Below the pieces are notes generated by a model. The model saw nothing but the letters and a program-made list of their open reading frames with translations, ran no database searches and was not told the DNA's origin. From Lingula anatina (taxonomy: Eukaryota > Animalia > Brachiopoda): a DNA stretch of 64,000 bases. The stretch lies in NCBI GenBank assembly GCA_051362555.1, contig CM120641.1, positions 4,216,001 to 4,280,000 on the forward strand, read 5' to 3'. Positions 13,978 to 26,600 of the stretch are shown piece after piece. The translations under genes were made by a program, and so were the position numbers. Position 1 is the stretch's first letter; every line of letters starts with the position of its first letter.

Positions 13978-16900
13978 CTACTTGGTCTTTCCTTTTTTAA
14001 TCTGAAATAGAAAATTGAAAATTTTAAAATTTAATATTAACTGAAAACTTTTTATTGAGCATAGCATTGGTATAAAAGCAAAAAAAGAAAAAGAAAAAAA
14101 AAGCCTGTTCTCCAAAATTCTGAATGGCTTTTTTGTTCCTTTGTTTGGCCTATCTTTGTAAAAAAAAAAATGGAATCGAGCAACTATCACACCAAAGTCT
14201 TTTTCATAAAAATTACAATCCTCATTAAATCAAGCGTACACCTTTGTATTATGATAATAGTCCCGACATGTGTGGTGTCAATTTTAGGAGATGGAATTGT
14301 ATAATTGTACTGTTACCTTAGCACCTAACCGTGCTTTGTATTCTTCAATCTCATCCTGCTGTTGCATCAGCCTTTCATTCATAGCTGCCAAGTGATCGCT
14401 CATAGTGCTTAACTGGCTTTCATAGTTTTTGGTTGTAGTTTGCAGTTCATCCTGACAAAGATATTTTATAGAATTCACAATTTCAATATTTATGTTCTTA
14501 AATCTGTTGCTGTTACATAAATAACAAGGCAGCAAAGCTGTCAAATGTACAGACAAAAAACAGGAAATAACGATGCACAAAATAGGCTACTGTCAATTCT
14601 GATGCAAAATTTTAATGACTGAATCTGACAAACTGCAATGATATGAGTTTATTTCCATTTTTGAAACTTTATTACACAATACACGATAACAAGTTTACCA
14701 TCATTTTTACATAATCAACTAATAATGTTGTAAAGATGCAGGAAATGCCAAACAAACACTTTTACGTATCTTATTAATTAAATAATGAAACTGTTAACAT
14801 GCCTAAGAAATGAATCTGAGGAAATGTGAAACAAGACAGCACTGTTCTGACATGGGTTTATTTCCGTTTTTAACACTTTTTTAACATAAAACAAAATAAA
14901 CATTTTACTGCCATTTTTTTATGACCAACTAAGAAAATTGATGAGATGAGAAAAGTATCAATAGAACAGTGTTAAATGTCCAATTTCCTCCATTCTGAGA
15001 TTCTGAACATAGTGGATGATTGAATCTGACAAACTGCAATGATATGAGTTTATTTCCGTTTTTGACACTTGATTACACAATACATGATAACAAGTTTACC
15101 ATCATTTTTATATAATCAACTAACAATGTTGTAAAGATGCAGGAAATGTCAAACAAACACTTTTACGTATCTTATTACTTAAATAATAAGGCTTTTAAGA
15201 TGCCTAAGAATTAAATCTGAGGAAATCTGAGGAAATGTGAAAAAACAGCATAACTTCTAAAATAATGCCCCGATTATGCTGATTTTCGAACTCAACCTGC
15301 GTTTTAGTAAGACTGACCATTCCTGTGAGTTTAATGACAATTGGGCTTTCTGTTTTTCTTATATTGTGTTTACGGTGTTGCATATATGCTGAACAATGAA
15401 AAAACCGCATAACTACTAAAATAGTGGCCAGATCATGCTGATTTTCGAACTTGACCTGCGTTTTAGTAAGATTGATTACTCCTGTGAGTTTCGTGACAAC
15501 AAGCCTAACGGTTTTCCTTGAAATGTGTTTACAAGGTTGCATATATGCTGAAAAGTGAAAAAACAGCATAACTTCTACAATAATGGCCCGATCATGCTGA
15601 TTTTCGAACTTGACCTGCATTTTATGAATATTCATCAGCTCTGTAAATATAAAGCCAAAAAGTGAAACTGCCTTCCACTTATCGTGTTTACAAGGAAAGT
15701 GCACGGCGACGGCATCGGCATCGGCATCGCCATCGGCATCGGCATCGCCATCGGCATCGGCGACGACAGACGCAGGTGATGGCAATATGTACAGACACAT
15801 CTGTGTCTGTACATAAAAATGGATCATTAACATAACCCTTGTTGTATTATATGTGCGAGTGCTATGCTATCATGTATTGGTAAACAAATGTTTCCATAAT
15901 TTATTAACCAAAGATTTTTTTAAATCTTGTCACAGCACTGGGTGGCAGGGAGAAATATTAAAATTCATGCAAGTTTAAGAGTGGTAACAGATTATAAATT
16001 TCTTAACTTTTCTAGGCACTTGAAAATGTTACCTTGAGTTGTGTGACAGACTGATTTGCAGTCCTTATTTCTTCCTGAGTTTTTACTTTCGCCTTCTCTG
16101 CCAATGATAATCTTTTGTGTAGCGCTTTACACTGTAAATGAAACCATCCATACAAAATACATGTCATCATTTTTAATACACCACTTCCATGTAAATATAC
16201 AATCAGCATGAGCTGAAATTAATAACCAACTGAAAAACTAGAGGATCAGAGAGGCGATACCGCCTCCGAATATTGTACCACCAGCTGGAGCAAGCGCATT
16301 CGTATAGACCCCCACATACACAAAATAAGGGGTGCAGCCACCAGTCTTGTGCTTGACAAGCTGTAAAAATGCAATCAACAAGAATTTTCAAAATATGCAA
16401 AAAATATATATAACTAAAAATGGTGCAATCAAAGTTAAGTTCATTGTAAGGTAGGTCAAAGGTCAATTTCAAGGTCACAGTAAATTGCCAGTAAATGACT
16501 TCCTATCCAACTTCAATAGTAACTATGGACCTATCTCTGCCAGTTTTGGAGATAAAAGGGAAGCAAAATTTGCAAAGTTCAGTTCATGGTGAAAAGTAGG
16601 TCAAAGGTCAATTTCAAGGTCACAGTAAGATTGCCAGTATATGACTTCCTATTCAACTTCAATAGTAACTATGGACCTATCTCTGCCAGTTTTGGAGATA
16701 AAAGGGAAGCAAAATTTGCAAAGTTCAGTTCATGGTGAAAAGTAGGTCAAAGGTCAATTTCAAGGTCACATTTAGATTGCCAGTATATGACTTCCTATTC
16801 AACTTCAATAGTAACTATGGACCTATCTCTGCCAGTTTTGGAGATAAAAGGGAAGCAAAATTTGCAAAGTTCAGTTCATGGTGAAAAGAAGGTCAAAGGT

Positions 16901-19900
16901 CAATTTCAAGGTCACAGTAAAATTGCCAGTATATGACTTCCTATGCAAGTTCAATAGTAACTATGGACCTATCTCTGCCAGTTTTGGAGATAAAAGGGAA
17001 GCAAATTTTGCAAAGTTCAGTTCAAGGTGAAAAGTAGGTCAAAGGTCAATTTCAAGGTCACAGTAAAATTGCCAGTATATGACTTCCTATTCAAGTTCAA
17101 TAGTAACTATGGACCTATCTCTGCCAGTTTTGGAGATAAAAGGGAAGCAAAATTTGCAAAGTTCAGTTCATGGTGATAAGTAGGTCAAAGGTCAATTTCA
17201 AGGTCACAGTAAGATTGCCAGTATATGACTTCCTATTCAACTTCAATAGTAACTATGGACCTATCTCTGCCAGTTTTGGAGATAAAAGGGAAGCAAAATT
17301 TGCAAAGTTCAGTTCATGGTGAAAAGTAGGTCAAAGGTCAATTTCAAGGTCACATTTAGATTGCCAGTATATGACTTCCTATTCAAGTTCAATAGTAACT
17401 ATGGACCTATCTCTGCCAGTTTTGGAGATAAAAGGGAAGCAAAATTTGCAAAGTTCAGTTCATGGTGATAAGTAGGTCAAAGGTCAATTTCAAGGTCACA
17501 GTAAGATTGCCAGTATATGACTTCCTATTCAACTTCAATAGTAACTATGGACCTATCTCTGCCAGTTTTGGAGATAAAAGGGAAGCAAAATTTGCAAAGT
17601 TCAGTTCATGGTGAAAAGTAGGTCAAAGGTCAATGTCAAGGTCACAGTAAGATTGCCAGTATATGACTTCCTATTCAACTTCAATAGTAACTATGGACCT
17701 ATCTCTGCCAGTTTTGGAGATATAAGGGACTAAATGTTATAATTTTGGAGTTACCATAATGTGCCATAAATTTCCTACAGAAAAAATTAATTAAAATAAA
17801 GAAAAGGTCATTTTGGTCAAAGTTCTTGAAATGGGAGGTTCTCTGAAGTTGCAGAAGTTTAAATTTGATAAAATAATGTCATTTTTGACCACAAGTTGTC
17901 TGCTTTGCCAAGCATTATGTTTTATTTTTCCGGAGTTCAAAATTTATTATCCATTACCGTACTGCACATTTTTACGGAAGCCGACTGGTGCCATATGTTG
18001 AAAAAAAAAATGATCTCGAAATTTCGAGATAGCATTTTTTTTGTTCAAATTTCAAAATACTATCTCGAAATTTCGAGATAAATTTTTTTGCTCAAATATC
18101 AAAATGCTATCTCGAAATTTCGAGATAATTTTTTTTTTGTTCAAATTTCAAAATGCTATCTCGAAATTTCGAGATAAAAATTTTTTTTGTTCAAATTTCA
18201 AAATAGTATCTCGAAATTTCGAGATAATTTTTTTTTCTACATATGGCACCAGTCGGCTTCCGTACATTTTCCTTTCACCACCAATATGTACTTTCTGATA
18301 CAGCGTAACTCGAAAACCGTATGGAATACAAAAAAACCGAGACCACCTCCAGTGTTGGGCTTTACATGCTCTACAAAATGCAAAAAAGAATGGGTCTCTA
18401 GCATTAACGGTTCCCGAATTAGAGACAGTTTTCAGTTTCGGTATCTTATGGCCGCTACTCCTGTGAAAATGCACCGATTGACCCCAAATTCACGGAGATG
18501 AAAGATGACCTGAAGGGTAACACTTTCCAATAATATTATTGGTTAAGTCTGTGTGGCGTCTGAATAACAGGGCAAAAAAATTTTTTTTCGTAAAAAATTT
18601 CATTTTTTTGAAAATTTTGACCCATTTGACCTTGAAGTAAAGGTCAAAGGTCAAATCCGAGGGTATATTTGAAATCTACACATATGACTTTTGGAAAGCC
18701 GTCTATAGAAATTTTTCCCGTAACTCCTTCTGTAGGGTAGATAATTAGCATTTAATTTTGCCATTTTTAGACAAGGGTGCATTGCAATGAGTGCCACACC
18801 CAGACCCCAATACCGACAAAGCCCAAATTTTACGTGGAACGAGTTGAGATTATAGGTGACCTAAATCCATGAGATGGGTACGGGGGCCCTTACCGTCTAG
18901 GAGGAGAAGCGGTAACGGTAACATGGCGGCGGAGCCGGCGGAACGGACCGGACGGGACCGAAACCATGTGTACCGCCAGCGCTAACGCTGGTGGTAAATT
19001 TTTTTGTTCAAATTTCAAAATAGTATCTCGAAATTTCGAGATAATTTTTTTTTCTACATATGGCACCAGTGGGCTTCCGTACATTTTCCTTTCACCACCA
19101 ATATGTACTTTTTGATACAGCGTAACTCGAAAACCGTATGGAATACAAAAAAACCGAGACCACCTCCAGTGTTGGGCTTTACATGCTCTACAAAATGCAA
19201 AAAAGAATGGGTCTCTAGCATTAACGGTTCCCGAATTAGAGACAGTTTTCAGTTTCGGTATCTTATGGCCGCTACTCCTGTGAAAATGCACCGATTGACC
19301 CCAAATTCACGGAGATGAAAGATGACCTGAAGGGTAACACTTTCCAATAATATTATTGGTTAAGTCTGTGTGGTGTCTGAATAACAGGGCAAAAAATTTT
19401 TTTTTCGTAAAAAATTTCATTTTTTTGAAAATTTTGGCCCATTTGACCTTGAAGTAAAGGTCAAAGGTCAAATCCGAGGGTATATTTGAAATCTACACAT
19501 ATGACTTTTGGAAAGCCGTCTGTAGAAATTTTTCCCGTAACTCCTTCCGTAGGGTAGATAATTAGCATTTAATTTTGCCATTTTTGGACAAGGGTGCATT
19601 GCAATGAGTGCCACACCCAGACCCCAATACCGACAAAGCCCAAATTTTACGTGGAACGAGTTGAGATTATAGGTGACCTAAATCCATGAGATGGGTATGG
19701 GGGGCCTTACCGTCTAGGAGGAGAAGCGGTAACGGTAGCCGTCCGGCGGAGCCGGCGGAGCCGGCGGAGCCGGCGGAGCCGGCGGAACGATCCGGACGAG
19801 ACCGAAACCATGTGTACCGCCAGCGCTAACGCTGGTGGTACAATTATTACACATTATGGAGATGGATCATTAGTTTTTACAACCTCTACATAATTTACAT

Positions 19901-22900
19901 AAGTTACATCAAGTGAAAAGTATTGAAAGGTTTCTAGTGGAGCTTTTCTTCACACTGCGATGAACACTTCAAACAAGACTGCAGTTGCAGTAGATGGAAA
20001 AGCTTACAATAACATTACGGCCAAATTTCGAACATTATACTTGAGCTTGTTCTAACTTGAATTTGAGTTTGTTTGTTTTAACTGGCATGACCTATTACTT
20101 AAATCAGCTTAGATCGTGGAGACATAAATTACCTTCATCCAGAGTTTACAAAATTAACCTCGTTATTCACTATTGTTAATGCATTACCTCAGCATGGACC
20201 TGAACAGCCTTGCTGTCAGCCATCTGGAGCTGGGACGTCAGCTGGTCTATCCTCTGCATGTAGTGCTTCTTAATCAGCTCCTCCCTGGTAGCCTGGTCAT
20301 CTAAACCACCCTTTGATGTCTCCAGCTGACCAAGCTAAGAATACAGATAGATCTGTTTAACTGATAGACACATGCTTCCCTGCCTCTATAAATATATGTA
20401 TTTTATGTGTAATTTAGATGATGAAAAGCCATTTTATGCTATCTGATCCACAAATCAATTTACATTTTGGCAAATTTTTTTATCTTCATCACACACACAC
20501 ACACACAAACACATGCGTGCATGCACACACACACATAGTAAAGATTATTTAAACTGTAGGTATAATAATTTTCATAAAGTGAAAATTCATTTCTGATAAT
20601 GTTCATAATAATATAATAAGTATGCACACCATGCTAGTCTCTATGAACATAGCTGGCTGTGGTGATGCCTGGGGTTGGGGGAGGAGACCCCTGTCCATGT
20701 TATCCTCTAGAGAGCCAGCAGATGTGGATGTCCTTGCTAACTGTTTCTCAAGTTCTGCCACTTTCTGAAAATTTTGGAATGAAAAAGCAATGCTAATTCC
20801 AAAGGAATAATATTATGGTAACAATGTTTGTTTTTGTATTCGATCACATTTTTTATTATTTGGGCTTGTCTGCACATGTCAAATCAAGCCAGTGCATCCC
20901 CAAATATGAAATTATATAACATGTGCATGTGTAAGCATTAAAACAGAAACAGAGAGAATAGCAAAATATGCATATTTGAGTTGAAACAGTCATAATGATT
21001 TTTTGTGAACTTATTCAACACAATGAAGATAATATGAAATCAAATGCACAACTCTCTCACCTGCATCTCCTTGTCATACTTCATCTTCATCAGCTGGGAC
21101 TCCAACATCCAGTGCTCCTTATCTTGTTCTAATTTCTTAGTACGCTCTTGGAAATTTGTGACCTGGTGGAATTAAGTTTTACCATTTACCAATTTCAGTA
21201 TGCAAATGCCCATTGTCAAGAGAGTGCTGATTTGGCAATTAAAAATGCTTTAAAATATTGAGAGACCTACGGTAAAGTGCCATGAATTTCGAACGGCTCT
21301 TGAATTTCGAACGATCTTAAAATCGGCCGTCTGGAGTTTTTTCTGGACCATGAATTTCGGCCAGTAAGCAATTTTGCGCGATCTTGATTTCGTGAATTTC
21401 GTACACCTTAAAATCGGCCACCGGGCTATTCTCGCGCTTATAAAGATCTAACAGACGGCAATGTTGCCCTAGCGTACCTTTACCTGAGTACTACGTGTGC
21501 GACCCAAGGTGCAAGATAACGATCGGTACAGTTAGTTTAGGACGCTCATCCATTCATTCAGATAACAGGAGAATCTATTAAGAGTTGTACTGTCGGGCTG
21601 TTGTTTCTTTACCGCAGTATTCGGTGTGAGATAGCGATCGGTAGTTTTGCTGAGGCGCACAATAGCATTGTTAACAGTAGAGACTTCAGTAATAGAACAA
21701 AAGAGCAATATTAAAAGCTGCAATAAAGATTACCATTATTGCTTTCTTGTCTCGCTCAGATCGTTCACGATCTCCCGCTGACGATCTTCCGCTAATGAAG
21801 TCACTTGAAATGTACAAATGAAATGTAAAATATTTTTAAAAATTATAAATTCCAATGGGGAGGGATGGAGGGTTAAAAACAATCGAGAACGATCTCCGGC
21901 TGACGATCTTCCGCAAACGAAAGCCACTGAACGAGTATGAGCTTTCTCGTTTCACTAGGATTGCGACGCTGACGATACGAAAATTGCGTTCTCGTCTCGC
22001 CCTTTGGCTTACGAAGTCTCTTTAACAAATATGAAAAATGCCTCCTGGTCTCTCTCGGATTGCGAACGATCTCTCGCTGAAAATTTGAAATTTTCCTTTG
22101 TCAATCAGCTTTGTCAGTTGCCGTGCGTATGAAGGTCCGGAAGGTGTCCCCTTTCACAAATTGGCCTGTAGTTTGCTTAGTGTTTTGTACCGCATGAAGG
22201 TCACTCTTGTCACTGCTGTATACGGCGTGGAATGTGTATCTTAAAGTTCATAGAAACATTTTATTGTGTTTTGTAAGCTTTAGGAAGTAGTTTCGTCGTG
22301 ACTGAATATCAGCGTACACTACAAAGTAGTACCATTCATCTGTGACGCATCATAAAAGCTAGGTACGTCAAATTACTCTAAGAAAATTTCTTACAACGTC
22401 CACGGCTTTCCCGACAAGCCAAGACGTCATTAAAAAAAAAAGTTGCAAGCCGTCTAGCCGTCTTTGAAAATATAGGCCGTCCGGTGATGTCAGCGGCCGT
22501 CCAAATGACGGCTGGACGGTTCGCTGGGAAAAGCCTTGCTCATAAGGGTATATTTATTTAACTAGGGGCTTACTGACATCACCCAGCTTACATGCGGGTG
22601 CATGCCTCCCAAAATTATATTAAAGGATAAAATTGTAATATATCTAAGTTTAATTGTTTGTAAATTTTGTAAAAATTGCCCATGCCACCCCGTTAGTTTG
22701 GAGGGTTAAGCTGGATCAAGTCCGTGTCAAAATTCTTTGAAACTTTGCAGGAAAAATCAATCTTCCTTTGTTTCTTGTTTCGCCCGATGATCAGATTTAT
22801 CTAGTGCGCCCAGGTCTGCTGGAGCAGCTCTTTGAAAATAACACACAGGTAGATTTTTATCTGAGATAAATATCGCGTTCGATACACTCAAGACAAAAGC

Positions 22901-23599
22901 TACCTGTGAGCTGAAGGGCACTTTACCCTCTAATTAAGAGGTAAAGCAAGTTCCAGCTAGATGGACGATTAAGATCGGACTTCAGATGGTAAGGAGTATT
23001 GTTTACCTCAGTTCTGTGAAAGCAGAAGGGTGTCAGAACAATGGTGGATATATAAATTATACAGAGAATTTGTACATTCAGGTGACGTTAACTTATAATC
23101 GAAGGGGATTTTCGATAATATTCCTTGAAAAGTACACTAGATTTATAGAGAATAATATCATGGTTGGCCAAATAATTATATACGCACAGTGTATCCGTGC
23201 GTATGCCTGGTTACGCCCCTGTCGCAAACCAGCAAACCATATCCTGCTGACTACATGAAAATTGCCTTCTAGCATGGACAAAAAGTCCAAGCTTCTATGC
23301 TTGCTCGGATCGCTGACGATCTCTTGCTGACGAATATAGTAACGAAGTCCCTTGAACTAGTGTGGAAATTGGCTTATTGTCGCGCTCAGATCGCTCACTA
23401 TCTCCCATTGACGATCTTCCAGTCCCTTGAACGAATATAAAAAATTCCTTTTCGGTTTACTCTAGATTACCTATCTCTCGCGTTTGTTTGAAGATGGTTT
23501 CAATGACAAAACGTACACGCTTTTCAAATGCGCACATTGACGCAACTATGCGCCAGGAAATCAGTTGCTGCTGCTGGTTAAGATTGGGTTGCCTGAGCA

Positions 23600-23643
<44 letters not shown>

Positions 23644-26600
23644 GGCCCTGCACCCCCCCCCCCCCCCAAACCTAGTTTATTTGAGAGCAGACAACAATCA
23701 GCGGTCATCTTGGCCGATCTGCGGTCGTAGTAGCCTCCCCGCACGGAGGAGAGGCCGTAGTGCCGAGGCCGGCTTCTGCAGGGAAGGCTACGTATGCGTC
23801 GGAGACACCGACCCGCGAACGGCGAGATGAGGACGCATTCGCTCGTAAATCTCCGCCCGACTTTAACGGTAAAGGCAACAAACCTGGTCGCGGAAGACAC
23901 TTATCGCAGATGAAGGCTACCTGCACCTGCGCCATAGACACTGATCGGCTGTCGTCTTGGTTTCAGTGCACGGAAAGGAGCAACGGTAACACTAAGCTTC
24001 CATAGTAAAGGTTATCTGGCCGTGGCAGACACTAATCGTCGGCCGTCTCTCCCTCCGTCCACTCCCGTTCTGAGCGCCAGGATCGTTTTTGAAAAACGAC
24101 ACTAGTTTCTGGCTGCCAGAATCGCTTTTGAAAAACGACACTACTGATAACGATGCTGTTTTGCGGCCCTAGACAACAGTACCGCTCTACCTATGGGCCA
24201 TACACAGTGATCGGGTGAAAGTACGTGTATACCTTTGGTCGCAATTACCGACACTCACACATCATACATTATGGTAACTCTAAATAGATCGTCGGGAGAA
24301 GATAACAGAAGGCCTAGCGACGAACAGACAACTTCCGGTCAAAATTGACAGAATTCCATGAAATTCGAACTTTCAGAAGTTCTAAGCACCTCCATTTCAT
24401 GAATTTCGGCCAGAACGATCTTTTCCCAAATTTAATTATTTTCTACTGTTCGAAATTCATGGCACATTACCGTAGTTTCCTTTAAACTGAAGACACTTCT
24501 TTCATTTTTAATAACATCTATTCTGCATATGTCATCAGAATTTGCGTAGAACACATGAAGTTATTTACCCTTCATCCCCTTCTAATGGCAGAGGTAGTAA
24601 ACAACTCTTACATGGATCACACAGTTATCTGTGCTCAAGAATGAAGCACTATTAGGATACATTATTCGCATTATGTTTAAAAGAACAAAAGGTACAGTGT
24701 CTCTGAATGATTATTCAGAAGTAGACTAAGAATTCACTAACTTGTTGAGCTAGGCTGTCCCTGCTCTCTGTAGAACTAAGCAGGGTTCTTCTGTTTTCAA
24801 CTGCAACCCTGTATGGTACTGACTCTGGACTTTGCTAGAGAAATTTTAAAAATAAATAGATAAAATCAAATCAAATAAATATATATTCTATTTTGGATCA
24901 TTACCCTAAATTCTAGGATTTAAAATATATTTGTGTGTTGAGTAATAGTTCAAATCTTCAATATTTTCATCCAACACACAATTACCAAAATCAAACTCAA
25001 TTATGGAATTATTTTCAAATAGGATTAATCATTTAAAACAACAAAAGCATTTTCCCCTGAACTTAACCAGGAGACAATATATTGGGAGTAGAAGGACAAT
25101 AATGCAACTAAAACCAGAAAGAAGAAACAGTAAAGCTTTTTTTGTATTTTAAAAAACACCATGATTATAAACTGAAAGTACTGCACACAATAGTCATTCC
25201 AAAATGCTTGTGTCTTTTCTACAACCTATTTTATACAAGTCCAATAACATTTAACGCAGTCTGTTAGTTTCCATACCCTATGTAATGAAGCCATGTAGCT
25301 AGCAGACTTCTGTCTCAGAGCTCCCACCACAGGGCTGGACTTTGGACCCTCCATGGACTCATTGGTAGATATACTACTACCTCGAGTGCGATAACCTGCT
25401 GTAGCACAGAAGAACTCCAGGTTGGTCCGCATGAAGTTGGCAAACTGCAAAAAGAAAAAAATGCTACCGATACCAATATTAAATGTTAGTTACATAATAA
25501 TATGGAAGAAAACAGACAGAACTAGAAATATAAACTTTTCCAACTAAAAGTTAAATTTTCACCTTTTTTTTTTTTTGTTGGGGGGGGGGGGGGGGTCGAA
25601 ACAACCCTTATTATCCAATTGCAATTATTATAAAATTTACCATTAGGACACAAAAAGAGAAGGAACATATTACTCACTTTCCCAGCACACTTTTGTAGAT
25701 GCACCAAAGCAGACATGACACATTCATCTGTGGTCTTCAGTTTAGAAGGGGCAGTGGGCAGCTGGTGTTCTAATGTCACCTTGGCATTGTAAGTAGTAGA
25801 TAGCTCTGAATGTTAAATATACTTAATTAAAAATCAACTCCATGACTATGACAAACATAGACATACAAAGGAACAAGAAATAAAGAAGTCTAAATGCACA
25901 AAAACAAAATATTCCAAATGAAGGCCTAACAAGTGTGAGTATAAAAAATATTGTTAAATTTGTTGTTTGTTTTGCATTTATAAACCATTCACTTTGTTGT
26001 GTTACTTTTCTAGATTTTCCCCAAAATAACCCAGTATTGGACATGTGGCAGACAATAACACTCACCTTTCAAAACTGTGTGGAAAAGTTCAAGACCACCT
26101 GACAGCTGTTCAAAGAAAATGGCTTGGTTGGTTTTTGGGTGATCACAAGATACTGTGCCTTGAAAGAATAATGAAGACAGTATGGCATTTATTATTATTG
26201 CTGAGTATTTTCTATTATCGCAACTTCAATATCTGAAAAACAATTCTTTTCTTGGTTTTTTGTCTTTAAAAAGATCCAAATATATATTTTCATAAATATA
26301 ATCATATTGTGGATAGCAAATCTTGGAAAAATGTGGCATTTCGCTGCAGCTCAGCTGAAGTACTTCTGCCATCTACTCTATCTTTCAGTGTATTCTTACT
26401 TTGCTGAGCAATGACAGCCACATAAGTCTGTATCTTGTTGAGTACTGCACAGAGCTTCTGCACTACAGAGTAAAGTTCCTTATTCTTGGCAGCCAGGGCC
26501 TCAGGACAGGAGGATAATGAACACTCCTCTTCCAGGCTGCAGGTAAAAACCAACACTGTATTAAAATCAAACAGTAATATATGCCATATACCTTACATGG

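Larger units (their letters stand above)
16236..19844 (-). mobile_element. Helentron/DINE-like non-autonomous element (HINE-2) with 146-bp array, nested MITE and duplicated terminus
   Basis: Subterminal attgtaccaccagc (16272-16285) is an exact inverse of gctggtggtacaat (19831-19844). Hairpin gaggcg-atac-cgcctc (16251-16266), hairpin taccgccagcg-ctaa-cgctggtggta next to a (GCCGGCGGA)n microsatellite, and a central tandem array. Confidence 0.8.

Noticed and set aside
15204-15833. 209-aa ORF with DADG and QVKFENQH repeats
   Set aside because: It is a translation of the HINE-1 microsatellite and 159-bp tandem units, with no protein-family signal.
18013-18226. CRISPR-like array of palindromic repeats with spacers
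   Set aside because: The spacers are near-identical rather than unique, the array sits between MITE TIRs in a eukaryotic intron, and no cas genes are present.
18041-19318. Duplicated 104-133-aa ORFs on both strands
   Set aside because: They lie in the MITE/HINE duplicated arm and show no recognisable domain.
23457-24005. ORFs with poly-F, poly-K and poly-G/P runs as possible transposase or captured gene
   Set aside because: They are driven by homopolymer runs and high GC. I see no DDE/D or other recognisable motif.
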